Source of the DNA: an uncultured archaeon
GTDB lineage: Archaea > Iainarchaeota > Iainarchaeia > Iainarchaeales > Iainarchaeaceae
Direction: 5' to 3'
DNA: 32,000 nt
Assembly (NCBI GenBank): GCA_964577555.1
Contig: CAZNZM010000004.1
Coordinates: forward strand, 87,671 to 119,670
Part shown: positions 17,756-27,437 of the stretch, in pieces
How the letters are laid out: every line of letters begins with the position of its first letter
Position numbering within the stretch: position 1 is the stretch's first letter
The notes under the pieces: model-generated
What the model was told of the DNA's origin: nothing
Seen by the model: only the letters and a program-made list of their open reading frames with translations
Databases searched by the model: none
Made by a program: the position numbers and the translations under genes

Positions 17756-18067
17756 ATGGAGAGAAATAACAGAAGAAACAGGTTTGGACCAATACCAGTG
17801 AAAGAAGGAGAAGAACAAGAAGTAACAATAGAAGGAATAGGAGAAAAAGGAGACGGCATAGCAAAAGTACAAGGCTATGTTATAATTGTTCCTAACACCC
17901 AAAAAGGAGAAAGAGTAAAAGTAAAAATCAAAGCAGTAAGAGGCAAAGTAAGCTTTGCAGAAGTAATAGAAAAACTTGGAACTGCGACACAAGAACAAAA
18001 CCAAGAATCAAAAAACGAAGAAAATCAAAGCCTTGAAAATAACTCTGACGAAGAAAACCAAAACTAA
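17756..18067 (+). CDS. TRAM-domain RNA-binding protein
   Basis: 'VKEGEEQEVTIEGIGEKGDGIAKVQGYVIIVPNTQKGERVKVKIKAVRGKVSFAEVI' is a canonical stand-alone TRAM domain. Confidence 0.93.
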   Translation: MERNNRRNRFGPIPVKEGEEQEVTIEGIGEKGDGIAKVQGYVIIVPNTQKGERVKVKIKAVRGKVSFAEVIEKLGTATQEQNQESKNEENQSLENNSDEENQN

Positions 18068-18128
18068 AAAATAATATTTATGTATTAAATCAATTTTAAT
18101 GCAAATACAAAAAAAAGGAGGGTTGGAA

Positions 18129-18335
18129 ATGGCAAGCTTAAGCGAACTAATAGGAATTGAACCAAGCGAAGAACTAAGAACAAAACTTCTAAAACAAGAA
18201 TTCAAACTCAGGAAAAAACAACCTGAAGCATGGACAAAAACAAAATACAGGCCATACGCAAACTTCAGGGCAAAGAAAAAAGAAGAAATTACAAACGAAA
18301 ACAACACAAAAAAAATAGCAATAATTGAAGCATAA
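18129..18335 (+). CDS. small hypothetical protein (68 aa)
   Basis: Strong SD 'aaaaggaggg' before ATG 18129; 'MASLSELIGIEPSEELRTKLLKQEFKLRKKQPEAW...'. Confidence 0.6.
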   Translation: MASLSELIGIEPSEELRTKLLKQEFKLRKKQPEAWTKTKYRPYANFRAKKKEEITNENNTKKIAIIEA

Positions 18336-18359
18336 ACAAAAAAATAATTTAATGCATAC

Positions 18360-18850
18360 TAAATATTCTCGGCACTAAAAGTGCCGGGCTTTACAAAAAC
18401 AAAATAAAAAAACCCAACTATCAGTATCTTAAAACACAAAAATTTTTTGCTAGCCAAACTTGAAAAAAAAGGAAAAAACTAAAACCTGACACACAAAAAC
18501 AAAAAAATAAAATTAACCAAACAAAAACGAATAACAAAAAATCACTAAAACTACAAAACAAAAAAAAAAGACACAAAATAAAGTTAAATTTCAAAAAAAA
18601 AATAATAAAAATAGCATAAAAAAAATTGGCATACAAAAAAAGGCTCGCCAAAAACAAACAACAAAAAAAACAAAATCCAATTAAAAAAAACAAAAAATAA
18701 TGACAAAAAAAACTTGGCTAGCAATATCAAAAAAAACAGCACACAAAAACAAAAAAAACAACTTGACAAAAAAAACAATTAAAAATTAAAAACTGATTTT
18801 ACAAAACAAAACAGCCACCAACAAAATTTCGAAAAACATCAAAAAAGCAA
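18360..18850. repeat. A-rich intergenic block 3
   Basis: Contains 'aggctcgccaaaa' (18641) and 'tgacaaaaaaaacttggctagcaatatcaaaaaaaac' (18701-18737), which resembles the 5.46 kb and 23.43 kb segments. Confidence 0.65.
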
Positions 18851-18961
18851 AGTAAACCAAAAGAATTATCTGCACTAACCCCTAAAAATGCCGAAAACAA
18901 TGCAATTTGCTTATTAAAAATACATTACACATTTAATTTTAAAAGCAAAGAGTGATAAAAA

Positions 18962-20311
18962 ATGGGTTTAGGCGAAAGCCTCAGAAAAGCAGTCGAAAAA
19001 ATAAGAAATTCAAGCACTCTGGACAGAGAAACAGTAAAAGAAGCAATCAAGGAACTACAAAGAGCATTAATCTCGGCAGACGTAGAAATAACATTAGTAC
19101 TAAAACTAAGCAAAGAAATAGAAGAAGAAGCATTCAAAGACCTACCAGAAGGAATAAGCAGAAAAGAACACGTAATCAAAACAACACACGACAAACTTAC
19201 AGAAATGCTAGGAGGCACGACAAAACCGCCACAACAACCAAAAAGAATACTCTTGTTAGGTTTATTCGGGCAAGGAAAAACCACGACAGCAGGAAAATTG
19301 GCAAAATGGTACTCAAAAAGAGGAAATAAAGTAGGGTTGATAGGAGCCGATGTTTTCAGACCTGCGGCAATAGAACAATTAAGAACAATCGCGGAAAAAG
19401 CAAAAGCGGAGTTTTATGGCGATGAAAAAGAAAAAAGCGCCGCAAAAATAGCAAAAACAGGAATTGAAAAACTAAAAAATTGCGACATAATAATATGCGA
19501 CTCGGCAGGCAGAAGCGCACTAGACCAGGAACTAATAAAAGAAATAAAAGAAATAAACGAAGCATTCAAACCAGAACAAAAATGGCTTGTAATAAGCGCC
19601 GATGTAGGACAAATAGCCAAAAAACAAGCAAATGCATTCCATGAAGCAATCGGAATAAACGGCGTAATACTGACAAAAACAGACGGCTCTGCAAAAGGAG
19701 GAGGAGCACTCGCAGCATGCAAAGCAACAGGAGCCAACGTTTATTTCATAGGCACAGGAGAAAAAATAGATGACTTCCAAGAATTCGATTCAACAAGATA
19801 CTTGAGCAGAATAATGGGCTATGGCGACCTGCAAGCACTACTTGAAAAAGCAAAAGAAATACAAGAAGACCAAGGAATAGAAGAACAAGAATTAATACTA
19901 AAAGACTTCAACCTGGCCAATTTCTACAAACAACTCAAAACAGCAAGAAAAATGGGGCCAATAAACAAAATAATGGAAATGTTAGGGCTAAGCCAAAAAA
20001 TGCCAAAAGAACTAATGGAACTAGGAGAACAAAAACTAGACAAATACGGTTATATGATAGACTCAATGACAAAATACGAAAAAGAACACCCAGAACTAAT
20101 TAACAAAAGCAGAATAGCAAGAATTGCAAAAGGAAGCGGAACAACACAAGAAGAAGTAAGAGAACTACTAAAAAACTTCAAAAAAATGAAAAAAATGTTC
20201 AAACAACTAAGCAACATAGACACTGAAAAAATTGAAAAAGGCGATGCCGAAGCACTGCAAAAAAAACTTTACAACACATTCAAAAAAAAGAAAAAATTCA
20301 AAATAAGGTGA
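18962..20311 (+). CDS. srp54: signal recognition particle 54 kDa protein
   Basis: 'LLGLFGQGKTTTAGKLAKWY', 'IGADVFRPAAIEQL', 'IICDSAGRSALDQEL', 'GVILTKTDGSAKGGGALAA', plus a C-terminal M domain. Confidence 0.96.
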   Translation: MGLGESLRKAVEKIRNSSTLDRETVKEAIKELQRALISADVEITLVLKLSKEIEEEAFKDLPEGISRKEHVIKTTHDKLTEMLGGTTKPPQQPKRILLLGLFGQGKTTTAGKLAKWYSKRGNKVGLIGADVFRPAAIEQLRTIAEKAKAEFYGDEKEKSAAKIAKTGIEKLKNCDIIICDSAGRSALDQELIKEIKEINEAFKPEQKWLVISADVGQIAKKQANAFHEAIGINGVILTKTDGSAKGGGALAACKATGANVYFIGTGEKIDDFQEFDSTRYLSRIMGYGDLQALLEKAKEIQEDQGIEEQELILKDFNLANFYKQLKTARKMGPINKIMEMLGLSQKMPKELMELGEQKLDKYGYMIDSMTKYEKEHPELINKSRIARIAKGSGTTQEEVRELLKNFKKMKKMFKQLSNIDTEKIEKGDAEALQKKLYNTFKKKKKFKIR

Positions 20312-20315
20312 AAAA

Positions 20316-21119
20316 TTGGAAGAAATCATATTCACAATAAGACAAATAGCAATCATAACTGCAACCGCAATAGGCTCATACACAGACTACAAAACAGGAT
20401 ACATATACAATTGGATAACATACCCCCTAATCATAATAGGAATAATCCTAAACATATACGAACAACAATACACAGGATTGGCAATAGGAATAATAGTATA
20501 TGCAATTGGGTGGCTAAGCTACATCACAGGAAAATTAGGAGGAGGAGACGTAAAAATATACACTGGCATAGCATTGACAATGCCATTTTACAATGGAACC
20601 CCGTTTATAATACCAACAATACTTTTCTCATCACTAATAGGCCTTACAATCATATCATTATACTACATTATAAAATACGCCAAAAAAGGCATAGACTACA
20701 AATTAAACAAAGACGGAATAAAAAAAGCAATCATATTAACAGCAATACTCGCACTATATTTCATAATTTTAATAAAAACAAAAATAATCAGCCAAACACT
20801 AATTTTTATAATAACAATTCCAATGATATGCGGAACTCTCTACCTGGCATTCGAAAAAGGAATTAAAAAAGAATTCTTTCTGACAAAAATAAAAATAGAA
20901 CAAGCTGAAGAAGACGAAATAATAGCAATCGAATACATAGATAAAAAAACAAAAGAAAAAATAAAAAACATAAAACCACTAATGCAAAAAGATGAAATAG
21001 AAAAACTCAAAGAAAAAGGAATCAAAGAAATACCAGTATATAGAAACCTTCCAAGATTCGGACCATTCATTTTCATAGGAACAATAACATCAATTCTTTA
21101 CCCAAACCCATTCTTATAA
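20316..21119 (+). CDS. A24-family prepilin/archaellin peptidase
   Basis: 'GSYTDYKTGYIYNWITYPLI' and 'GKLGGGDVKIYTGIAL' (the two catalytic Asp motifs) in a polytopic protein. Confidence 0.88.
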   Translation: MEEIIFTIRQIAIITATAIGSYTDYKTGYIYNWITYPLIIIGIILNIYEQQYTGLAIGIIVYAIGWLSYITGKLGGGDVKIYTGIALTMPFYNGTPFIIPTILFSSLIGLTIISLYYIIKYAKKGIDYKLNKDGIKKAIILTAILALYFIILIKTKIISQTLIFIITIPMICGTLYLAFEKGIKKEFFLTKIKIEQAEEDEIIAIEYIDKKTKEKIKNIKPLMQKDEIEKLKEKGIKEIPVYRNLPRFGPFIFIGTITSILYPNPFL

Positions 21120-21135
21120 AACAGGAGACACAAAA

Positions 21136-22197
21136 GTGAACCAAAAAGAAAAATTCATGAAAGAAGCACTTAAAATAGCAGAAAAAGGAACAGGATTAGT
21201 ACCACCAAATCCGATAGTAGGAGCAATCATAGTAAAAGACGGAAAAATAGTTGGAAAAGGTTGGCACAAAAAATACGGAGAAAAACACGCAGAAGCAAAC
21301 GCAATAGAAAACGCGGGAAAAAAAGCAAAAGGAGCAGAACTATACGTAACACTTGAACCATGCAACCATTACGGCAAACAACCACCATGCACAAAACTCA
21401 TAATCAAAGCAGGAATAAAAAAAGTGTATGCAGCAATAAAAGACCCAAACAAAAAATCCAAATCAGGCGGAAAAGAACTACAAAAAAAAGGAATACCAAT
21501 AGAATTCGGACTATGCGCAGACAAAGCAACAGAGCAAAACGAAATATTCATTAAAAACATGAAAACAAAAAAACCATTCATAGCACTTAAAATGGCAATG
21601 ACAAAAAATGGCTATATAACTTGGGGCAACGGAAAAAGAAAAAAAATTTCAGGAAAAAAAGCAATGGAATACTCGCAAAAACTCAGAAAAAAATACGACG
21701 CAATCCTAGTAGGAGTAAACACTATAATAAAAGACAATCCAAGGCTTATATACAAAAAAAACCAAAAATACAACCCTGCCAGAATAATACTTGACCCGAA
21801 AGCAAGATCCCCGCCAAATTCAAAAATATTCAAACAAAAAGGAAAAACAATAATAGTTTGCACAAAAAAAGCAAACAAAGAAAAAATAAAAAAACTAGAA
21901 AAAAGAAACGTTGAAATACTCATTGCAAAAGAAAAAAAAGGAAAAATAAACCTTGAATGGCTACAAAAAAAATTATATGAAAAAGGAATAACTTCAATAA
22001 TCATAGAAGGGGGAAAAAAAACAGCACTCGAATTTCTTAAAACAAAATTAATAGATAAATTCTACGCAATAATATCAAACAAAAAAATCAAAACAGGATT
22101 AAAAATATTCAAACTCAAAAACTCGGAAATGGAAATAACAGAAATAAAAAAACTTGGAAAAGACACTCTAATAATACTTAAAAGGTGCTTGAAATGA
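21136..22197 (+). CDS. ribD: RibD, bifunctional diaminohydroxyphosphoribosylaminopyrimidine deaminase/reductase
   Basis: 'PPNPIVGAIIVKDGKIVGKGWHKKYGEKHAEANAIENAG...LYVTLEPCNHYGKQPPCTKLII' and reductase domain 'PFIALKMAMTKNGYI...ILVGVNTIIKDNPRL...ITSIIIEGGKKT'. Confidence 0.94.
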   Translation: MNQKEKFMKEALKIAEKGTGLVPPNPIVGAIIVKDGKIVGKGWHKKYGEKHAEANAIENAGKKAKGAELYVTLEPCNHYGKQPPCTKLIIKAGIKKVYAAIKDPNKKSKSGGKELQKKGIPIEFGLCADKATEQNEIFIKNMKTKKPFIALKMAMTKNGYITWGNGKRKKISGKKAMEYSQKLRKKYDAILVGVNTIIKDNPRLIYKKNQKYNPARIILDPKARSPPNSKIFKQKGKTIIVCTKKANKEKIKKLEKRNVEILIAKEKKGKINLEWLQKKLYEKGITSIIIEGGKKTALEFLKTKLIDKFYAIISNKKIKTGLKIFKLKNSEMEITEIKKLGKDTLIILKRCLK

Positions 22198-23090
22198 AAA
22201 TAGCAATAACCGGCAGCGAAGGAATGATTGGCAAAGAACTTACAAAAAACCTAGAAAGAAAAAACCACAAAATAATCAAATGCACAAAACAAGAATGCAA
22301 CATACTTGACATTGAAAAACTTAGAAAAAAATTCAAAGGTTGCAAGATAATTATACACCTTGCCGCACAACTTGACGAAAAAGCAAAAGACTTGTGGGAA
22401 GTAAATGTAAAAGGAACAGAAAATTGCCTCGAAGCGGCAGCAACAAATGGAATTGAACAATTTATTTACATAAGCAGCGTAGGCGTTTTTGGACTACAAA
22501 AAGGGCTAAAAGACGAATCAACAGAACCAAAACCAGAAACACTATACGAAAAAAGCAAATTAGAAGCTGAAAAAAAAGTTCTATCATACCAAGAAGTTTT
22601 CCACATAACAATATTGAGGCCTGCAATAGTAGTTGGAAACAATAAATATTGGAACCAAATAATCAAACTCATAAAAAAAGGTTTCCCAATTATTGGCAAC
22701 GGAAAAAACCATTGGCAAACAATCTCCACAGAAGATGTTGCAAATGCAATTGAATTCTGCATAGGCAACGAAAACACATACGGAGAAACATTCATAATAG
22801 CTGAAAAAAAACCGAAAACACTTGAAGAAATCGTAAAAATAATAAGAAACGAATTGGAAATAAAAGGAAAAATAATAAAAATACCAGAATGGCTTGGAAA
22901 AATATTGGCAAAAATAAACACCATAATAAAATTCAACAACATACTCAACATAGAATACATTAAAAGGTTGCAAGCTGACAGGCACTATTCAATTTCAAAA
23001 ATTGAAAAAATAGGATGGAAACCAAAAAACAATTTTGAAGAAACAATAAAAAAAGTCATAGAACAAATGAAAAAAGACAACCAATTATAA
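22194..23090 (+). CDS. NAD-dependent epimerase/dehydratase (extended SDR)
   Basis: 'MKIAITGSEGMIGKELTK', 'IIHLAAQLDEKAKDLWEVNVKGTENCLEAA', 'YEKSKLEAEKKV'. Start at ATG 22194 after 'aaggtg'. Confidence 0.9.
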   Translation: MKIAITGSEGMIGKELTKNLERKNHKIIKCTKQECNILDIEKLRKKFKGCKIIIHLAAQLDEKAKDLWEVNVKGTENCLEAAATNGIEQFIYISSVGVFGLQKGLKDESTEPKPETLYEKSKLEAEKKVLSYQEVFHITILRPAIVVGNNKYWNQIIKLIKKGFPIIGNGKNHWQTISTEDVANAIEFCIGNENTYGETFIIAEKKPKTLEEIVKIIRNELEIKGKIIKIPEWLGKILAKINTIIKFNNILNIEYIKRLQADRHYSISKIEKIGWKPKNNFEETIKKVIEQMKKDNQL

Positions 23091-23094
23091 AAAA

Positions 23095-23530
23095 AATATC
23101 GCCAAAACAAAAAAACCAATCAAAAAAATAAGAAAACAAAATTGGCTCACAAAAAAACAAGCCACAACAAAATAATTGACAAAAAAAATCGTCCAACAAA
23201 AAAACCAAAAAAAACCACAAAAAAATGGCTCACCAAAAAAAACAAAAATTGTCTAAAAAAAGGCTCACAAAAAACAACAAAAAAACAGCCCGCAAAACAA
23301 ATCCAAAAATAAAAAAAACAACCAGACAAAACAAAAAACAAAATTAATTACAAAAAAAAGACCACAAAAAAAATTGGCTCACAAAAAAAACAAAACCAAA
23401 TTAAAAAAAACAAAAAAATAACAAAAAAACTTGACAAGCAACATCAAAAAAAACAAGCCATGAAAAAAAATTCAAATAAAAAACAAATCACTCCTCAAAA
23501 AAATGGCTAGCCAAAAAAAAGACGTAAAAA
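23095..23530. repeat. A-rich intergenic repeat block 4
   Basis: 23136-23233 is about 96% identical to 5487-5583. 'aaaacttgacaagcaacatcaaaaaaa' is shared with 5461-5487. Multiple GGCTCAC/GGCTAGCC cores. Confidence 0.82.
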
Positions 23531-23567
23531 AAGATTGATTAAAATAAAATCATTGAAAAATAATCAC

Positions 23568-24368
23568 TCACTCTTTCTCAGACTTTTCTAATTTTTCCTT
23601 GCCGGCCTTTCTAACAGCCGCAACTATTCTTTGCAATATAGACTTTGCTTTGACAAAATCATTGCTGTGATTCTCTATTGCAGTGCCTATATGCACAATA
23701 TCAGCCCCGGCTTTAATGCAATCATAAGCGTATTTCTCATCTCTAACCCCGCCAGCAATTATGAGAGGAACATCAATCATTTTTTTAGTTAACGAAATCA
23801 TCTCAACCGGAACCGGACTATCAGCACCACCACCAGATTCAAGAATAACAAGGTGAGCCCCCATATATTGCCCTCCAAGAGCAGTTATGCCGGCAAGATA
23901 AGGCAAATCACGAGGAATTGGCTGAGCCCTGCCAACCCAACCAACAGCCCTGCCAGGTTCAACAATTATATAAGAAGTTGGAATTACTTCCAAACCAGTC
24001 TTCTTCAAAGGATAAGCAGCAACAATTTGAGCCCCGCTTATATAATAAGGGTCATTGCTATTAAGCATAGACATAAAATAAATAGCATCAGCATGTTTGC
24101 TAATACTTGCAATATTGCCTGGAAACAAAATAACAGGCAACTTGGAATTGGCTTTCACCTGATTAATGGTGCTATCCAAAAGTTCCCCCTGGGCACCAAC
24201 AGAACCGCCAACAGCAATAGCATCAACCCCTGATTCCTCAGCCACCTTTGCTATTTTGCCAGCAACAACAGGCTCTTGATTTGGCGGATCAACAACCAAA
24301 AAAACCAAACCGCCCTTCTCCTCAATTCCTTTCAATATGCTTTTGTATACTTTCCCAAAATGGTTCAT
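23568..24368 (-). CDS. geranylgeranylglyceryl phosphate synthase
   Basis: 'VVDPPNQEP', 'DAIAVGGSVG', 'PVILFPGNIASISKHADAIYFMSMLNSNDPYYISGAQ', 'EVIPTSYIIVEPGRAVGWVGRAQPIPRDLP', 'IIAGGVRDEKYAYDCIKAGADIVHIGT'. Confidence 0.96.
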   Translation of the reverse strand: MNHFGKVYKSILKGIEEKGGLVFLVVDPPNQEPVVAGKIAKVAEESGVDAIAVGGSVGAQGELLDSTINQVKANSKLPVILFPGNIASISKHADAIYFMSMLNSNDPYYISGAQIVAAYPLKKTGLEVIPTSYIIVEPGRAVGWVGRAQPIPRDLPYLAGITALGGQYMGAHLVILESGGGADSPVPVEMISLTKKMIDVPLIIAGGVRDEKYAYDCIKAGADIVHIGTAIENHSNDFVKAKSILQRIVAAVRKAGKEKLEKSEKE

Positions 24369-24402
24369 GGAACAACTATGTCCAAAAGCCTATATAAATT
24401 TT

Positions 24403-25062
24403 TCAGATGCCACTATTTTCCAATTCAACAAGACAATACTTTATGTTTTCCGCCTGCTTTTTCTCCAAAACAGACCCATGCCCAGGATAAAGATATTTAA
24501 AATCCAAACAAGACAACTTACGAATACTTGCAATCAAATCACTCCTATTTCCGCTTGGCAAATCAAACCTGCCAAAAGCACCATTAAACAAAGTATCACC
24601 AGAAAACAAAACCCCGCTTTCTTCATCATAAAAACAAACACTGCCCTTAGTATGCCCCGGAGTATCAATAACCTTGAAAACAAAATCAACTATTTCAAAA
24701 ACCTGCCCAGGCTTATAAAAAAAATCTATTTCAGGATAAAAATCCTGCATAAAACTCGAAGACACAGTAAAATAATCGGATTTGGCATTAACAAGCAACC
24801 CATCATGCAAACTCATCCACTTTTCAGCACGAGGAAACAAAACCGCACCACCAATATGATCGGCATGCCCATGAGTAAAAAGAATCTTATGAATATCAAT
24901 AGGCTTCAAACCCAATTCAGCCAAAGCCTTTTGAATATTAAAAGAATCAGACACAAGACCTGAATCAATAAGCACATTCTCAGAACCCCGCACAAGATAA
25001 ATATTAGAGCCTGAAGAACCAAAAGACAACAAATAAATAGAACCAAACAAACTCCTCAACAT
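24403..25062 (-). CDS. MBL-fold metallo-hydrolase
   Basis: 'KILFTHGHADHIGGAVLF', 'VIDTPGHTKGSVCFYDEESGVLFSGDTLF', 'YLYPGHGSVLEK'. Confidence 0.95.
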   Translation of the reverse strand: MLRSLFGSIYLLSFGSSGSNIYLVRGSENVLIDSGLVSDSFNIQKALAELGLKPIDIHKILFTHGHADHIGGAVLFPRAEKWMSLHDGLLVNAKSDYFTVSSSFMQDFYPEIDFFYKPGQVFEIVDFVFKVIDTPGHTKGSVCFYDEESGVLFSGDTLFNGAFGRFDLPSGNRSDLIASIRKLSCLDFKYLYPGHGSVLEKKQAENIKYCLVELENSGI

Positions 25063-25115
25063 AATACAAATACTAAACGCAATATTTAATTGCTGAACGT
25101 ATTTTCTTAAAGTAC

Positions 25116-25940
25116 ATGACTCAAGAAAACCTAAAAAAAATAATTACAAAAATATCAGAAAAAACAGGAAAAACAACAGAAGAAATAAACGAACTAATAA
25201 GAGCAAAAAAAAACAAATTTTCAGGACTATTGACAGAATTTGGCGCAGCATTCCTCATAGCCAAAGAACACGGAATAGAACTTGAAAACGAACCAAAAAA
25301 AAGCACAAAAATAACAGAATTGAAACCAGGAATGAACAACATAGACATAATATGCAAAATAAAAATAATATTTCCTGTTAAAGAATTTGAAAAAAACGGA
25401 AAAAAAAGAAAATTACAAAACATGATAATAGAAGACGATACAGGAGAAACAATAGCCACACTATGGAACGGAGACATAGAAAAACTAAAAAATATAAATG
25501 CAACAAAAGGAGAAAAAATAAAAATTACAAACTGCTACGTCTCAGAATACAACAACAAAACACAAATAAGCCTCAATTACAACAGCACAATTAATAGAGA
25601 AGAAAACACAAACACAGAAAAACAATTCAAAAAACTCAAAGAACTTGAACCAGGCCTGCAAAACATAGACATCAAAGCAGAAATTAGAAAAATATTCGGA
25701 ATGAGAAACTTTGACACTCCAAAAGCAAAAGGAAAACTAATAACATTTATACTAGGCGACGAAGAAACCGAAATAAAGGCGACAGCATGGAACGAAAAAG
25801 CAGATGAAATAGCAAAAATACTTGAAGACGAAACAATCATAATTGAAAACGCATACACAAAACAAGGAATCAACGACAACACAGAAATAAACCTTGGAAA
25901 AAACGCCAGAATAATAAGGCTGAAAAAAAACCAAAACTAA
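25116..25940 (+). CDS. replication factor A-like ssDNA-binding protein (two OB folds)
   Basis: 'ITELKPGMNNIDIICKIKIIFPVKEF...LQNMIIEDDTGETIATLWNG' and 'LKELEPGLQNIDIKAEIRKIFGMRNFDT...ITFILGDEETEIKATAWNEKADE'. Confidence 0.9.
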   Translation: MTQENLKKIITKISEKTGKTTEEINELIRAKKNKFSGLLTEFGAAFLIAKEHGIELENEPKKSTKITELKPGMNNIDIICKIKIIFPVKEFEKNGKKRKLQNMIIEDDTGETIATLWNGDIEKLKNINATKGEKIKITNCYVSEYNNKTQISLNYNSTINREENTNTEKQFKKLKELEPGLQNIDIKAEIRKIFGMRNFDTPKAKGKLITFILGDEETEIKATAWNEKADEIAKILEDETIIIENAYTKQGINDNTEINLGKNARIIRLKKNQN

Positions 25941-25974
25941 AAAAAACACACCGGCAAAGAACTACAAATTAATT

Positions 25975-26074
25975 TATAAATACATAAAAAAAACAATCAA
26001 TTAAAGCATAGGGAAAAGGCAAGCTAAAGCCAAAAAGCGAAGCCAAAAAAAACCTGATGCAGGAGGAATCAAAA
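25975..26074 (+). promoter_or_regulatory. promoter and leader of radA
   Basis: 'tttataaata' at about 25975, SD 'aggagg' 26061-26066, and a short CCTG-ATG-CAGG stem touching the SD. Confidence 0.4.
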
Positions 26075-27028
26075 ATGGCGAAACAAATTAAAGAAATACA
26101 AGATCTGCCAGGAATAGGACAACAAGCGGCAGAAAAACTAATTAATGCAGGATACAAAACACTTGAATCAATTGCAGTAGCATCACCAGCCGAACTAATA
26201 GAAATAGCAGGACTAGGTGAAGGAACCGCAACAAAAGCAATCAACGCGGCAAGAGACGCACTAGAAATGGGATACGAATCAGCTGCAGAAATAGCAGAAA
26301 AAAGAAAACATGTTGGAAGACTTACAACAGGAAGCAAAGAAGTAGACAACCTTTTAGGCGGAGGAATTGAAACACAAAGCATAACAGAAATATACGGAAA
26401 ATACGCAAGCGGAAAAACACAATGGTGCTTCCAAACAGCAGTAACAGTACAACTCCCAAAAGAAAAAGGAGGATTAGAAGGAGCATGCCTTTACATTGAT
26501 TCAGAAAACAGTTTCAGACCAGAAAGAATCCAAGCAATTGCAGAAGCACAAGGACTTGACCCAGAAAAAGTACTAAAAAACATTTACGTAGCACGCGCAT
26601 ACAACTCGGACCACCAAATACTATTAGCAGAAAAAGCTGGAGAAATCATAAAAGAAAAAAACATAAAACTAGTAATAGTTGACTCCTTAACATCCCAATT
26701 CAGAGCAGAATTCGTAGGCAGAGGAACACTCGCGGAAAGACAACAAAAACTCAACAAACACATGAGAACACTACAAAAACTCGCAGAAATGAACAATATA
26801 GTAGTACTAGTAACAAATCAAGTAATGGAAAGACCAGACATACTGTTTGGGGACCCAACAGCACCAATAGGAGGCAACATAGTAGGACATGCAAGCAAAA
26901 CAAGATTATATCTAAGAAAAAGCAAAGAAGACAAAAGAGTAGCAAAACTAGTAGACAGCCCACACCTCCCAGACGGAGAAGCAATCTACAAAGTAACGGA
27001 AAAAGGAATAGAAGACGTAGAAGACTAA
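26075..27028 (+). CDS. radA: DNA repair and recombination protein RadA
   Basis: N-terminal HhH 'DLPGIGQQAAEKLINAGYKTLESIAVASPAELIEIAGLGEGTATKAI'; 'GKYASGKTQWCFQTAV'; 'TNQVMERPDILFGDPTAPIGGNIVGHASKTRLYLRK'. Confidence 0.96.
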   Translation: MAKQIKEIQDLPGIGQQAAEKLINAGYKTLESIAVASPAELIEIAGLGEGTATKAINAARDALEMGYESAAEIAEKRKHVGRLTTGSKEVDNLLGGGIETQSITEIYGKYASGKTQWCFQTAVTVQLPKEKGGLEGACLYIDSENSFRPERIQAIAEAQGLDPEKVLKNIYVARAYNSDHQILLAEKAGEIIKEKNIKLVIVDSLTSQFRAEFVGRGTLAERQQKLNKHMRTLQKLAEMNNIVVLVTNQVMERPDILFGDPTAPIGGNIVGHASKTRLYLRKSKEDKRVAKLVDSPHLPDGEAIYKVTEKGIEDVED

Positions 27029-27169
27029 AAAAAACAATAAAAACTCTCCAACAAAAAAAACAAGAACGATTTAATAAAAAAAATAAAAACAGGTTTCTAT
27101 AGAGTAAAAATACAAAAAAAGAAAAAAACAAACCAGATTATTTTTTATTAATGACTCGCCCAATACTTT

Positions 27170-27427
27170 TTGAACAACATGAAAAACAATAAAAACACAA
27201 AAATAACGATTTATACAACCCCCACATGCATATATTGCAAACTTACAAAAGAATTTTTTAAACAAAATGACATAAAATTCAAAGAATACAACGTAGCAAA
27301 AGACCTAAAAAAAGCCAAAGAAATGATTGAAAAATCGGGACAACAAGGAGTTCCGGTAATTGACATAAACGGCAAAATCATCATAGGATTCAACAAAAAC
27401 GAATTAAAAGAAGCCTTGAATTTATAA
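27170..27427 (+). CDS. glutaredoxin-like protein (CxxC)
   Basis: 'ITIYTTPTCIYCKLTKEFFKQNDIKFKEYNV...GQQGVPVIDINGKIIIGFNKNEL'. Confidence 0.93.
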   Translation: MNNMKNNKNTKITIYTTPTCIYCKLTKEFFKQNDIKFKEYNVAKDLKKAKEMIEKSGQQGVPVIDINGKIIIGFNKNELKEALNL

Positions 27428-27437
27428 AGTGATTTTT

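Noticed and set aside
23147-23341. - strand ORF sharing the peptide 'GFFVGRFFLSIILLWLVF' with the - strand ORF at 5267-5626
   Set aside because: The shared peptide is the translation of the about 97-bp intergenic repeat. Surrounding sequence is F/L homopolymer-like with no SD or promoter. I treat it as a DNA repeat rather than a protein family, though a hydrophobic small peptide cannot be fully excluded.
23095-23530. Autonomous insertion sequence
   Set aside because: No transposase-like ORF, no terminal inverted repeats and no target-site duplication could be found; only non-coding modular repeats are present.
24276-25577. ORFs 24276-24500 and 24337-24963 (+) and 25121-25477 (-)
   Set aside because: Each overlaps a strongly identified gene on the other strand (GGGPS, MBL hydrolase, RPA-like) and carries no recognisable motif.
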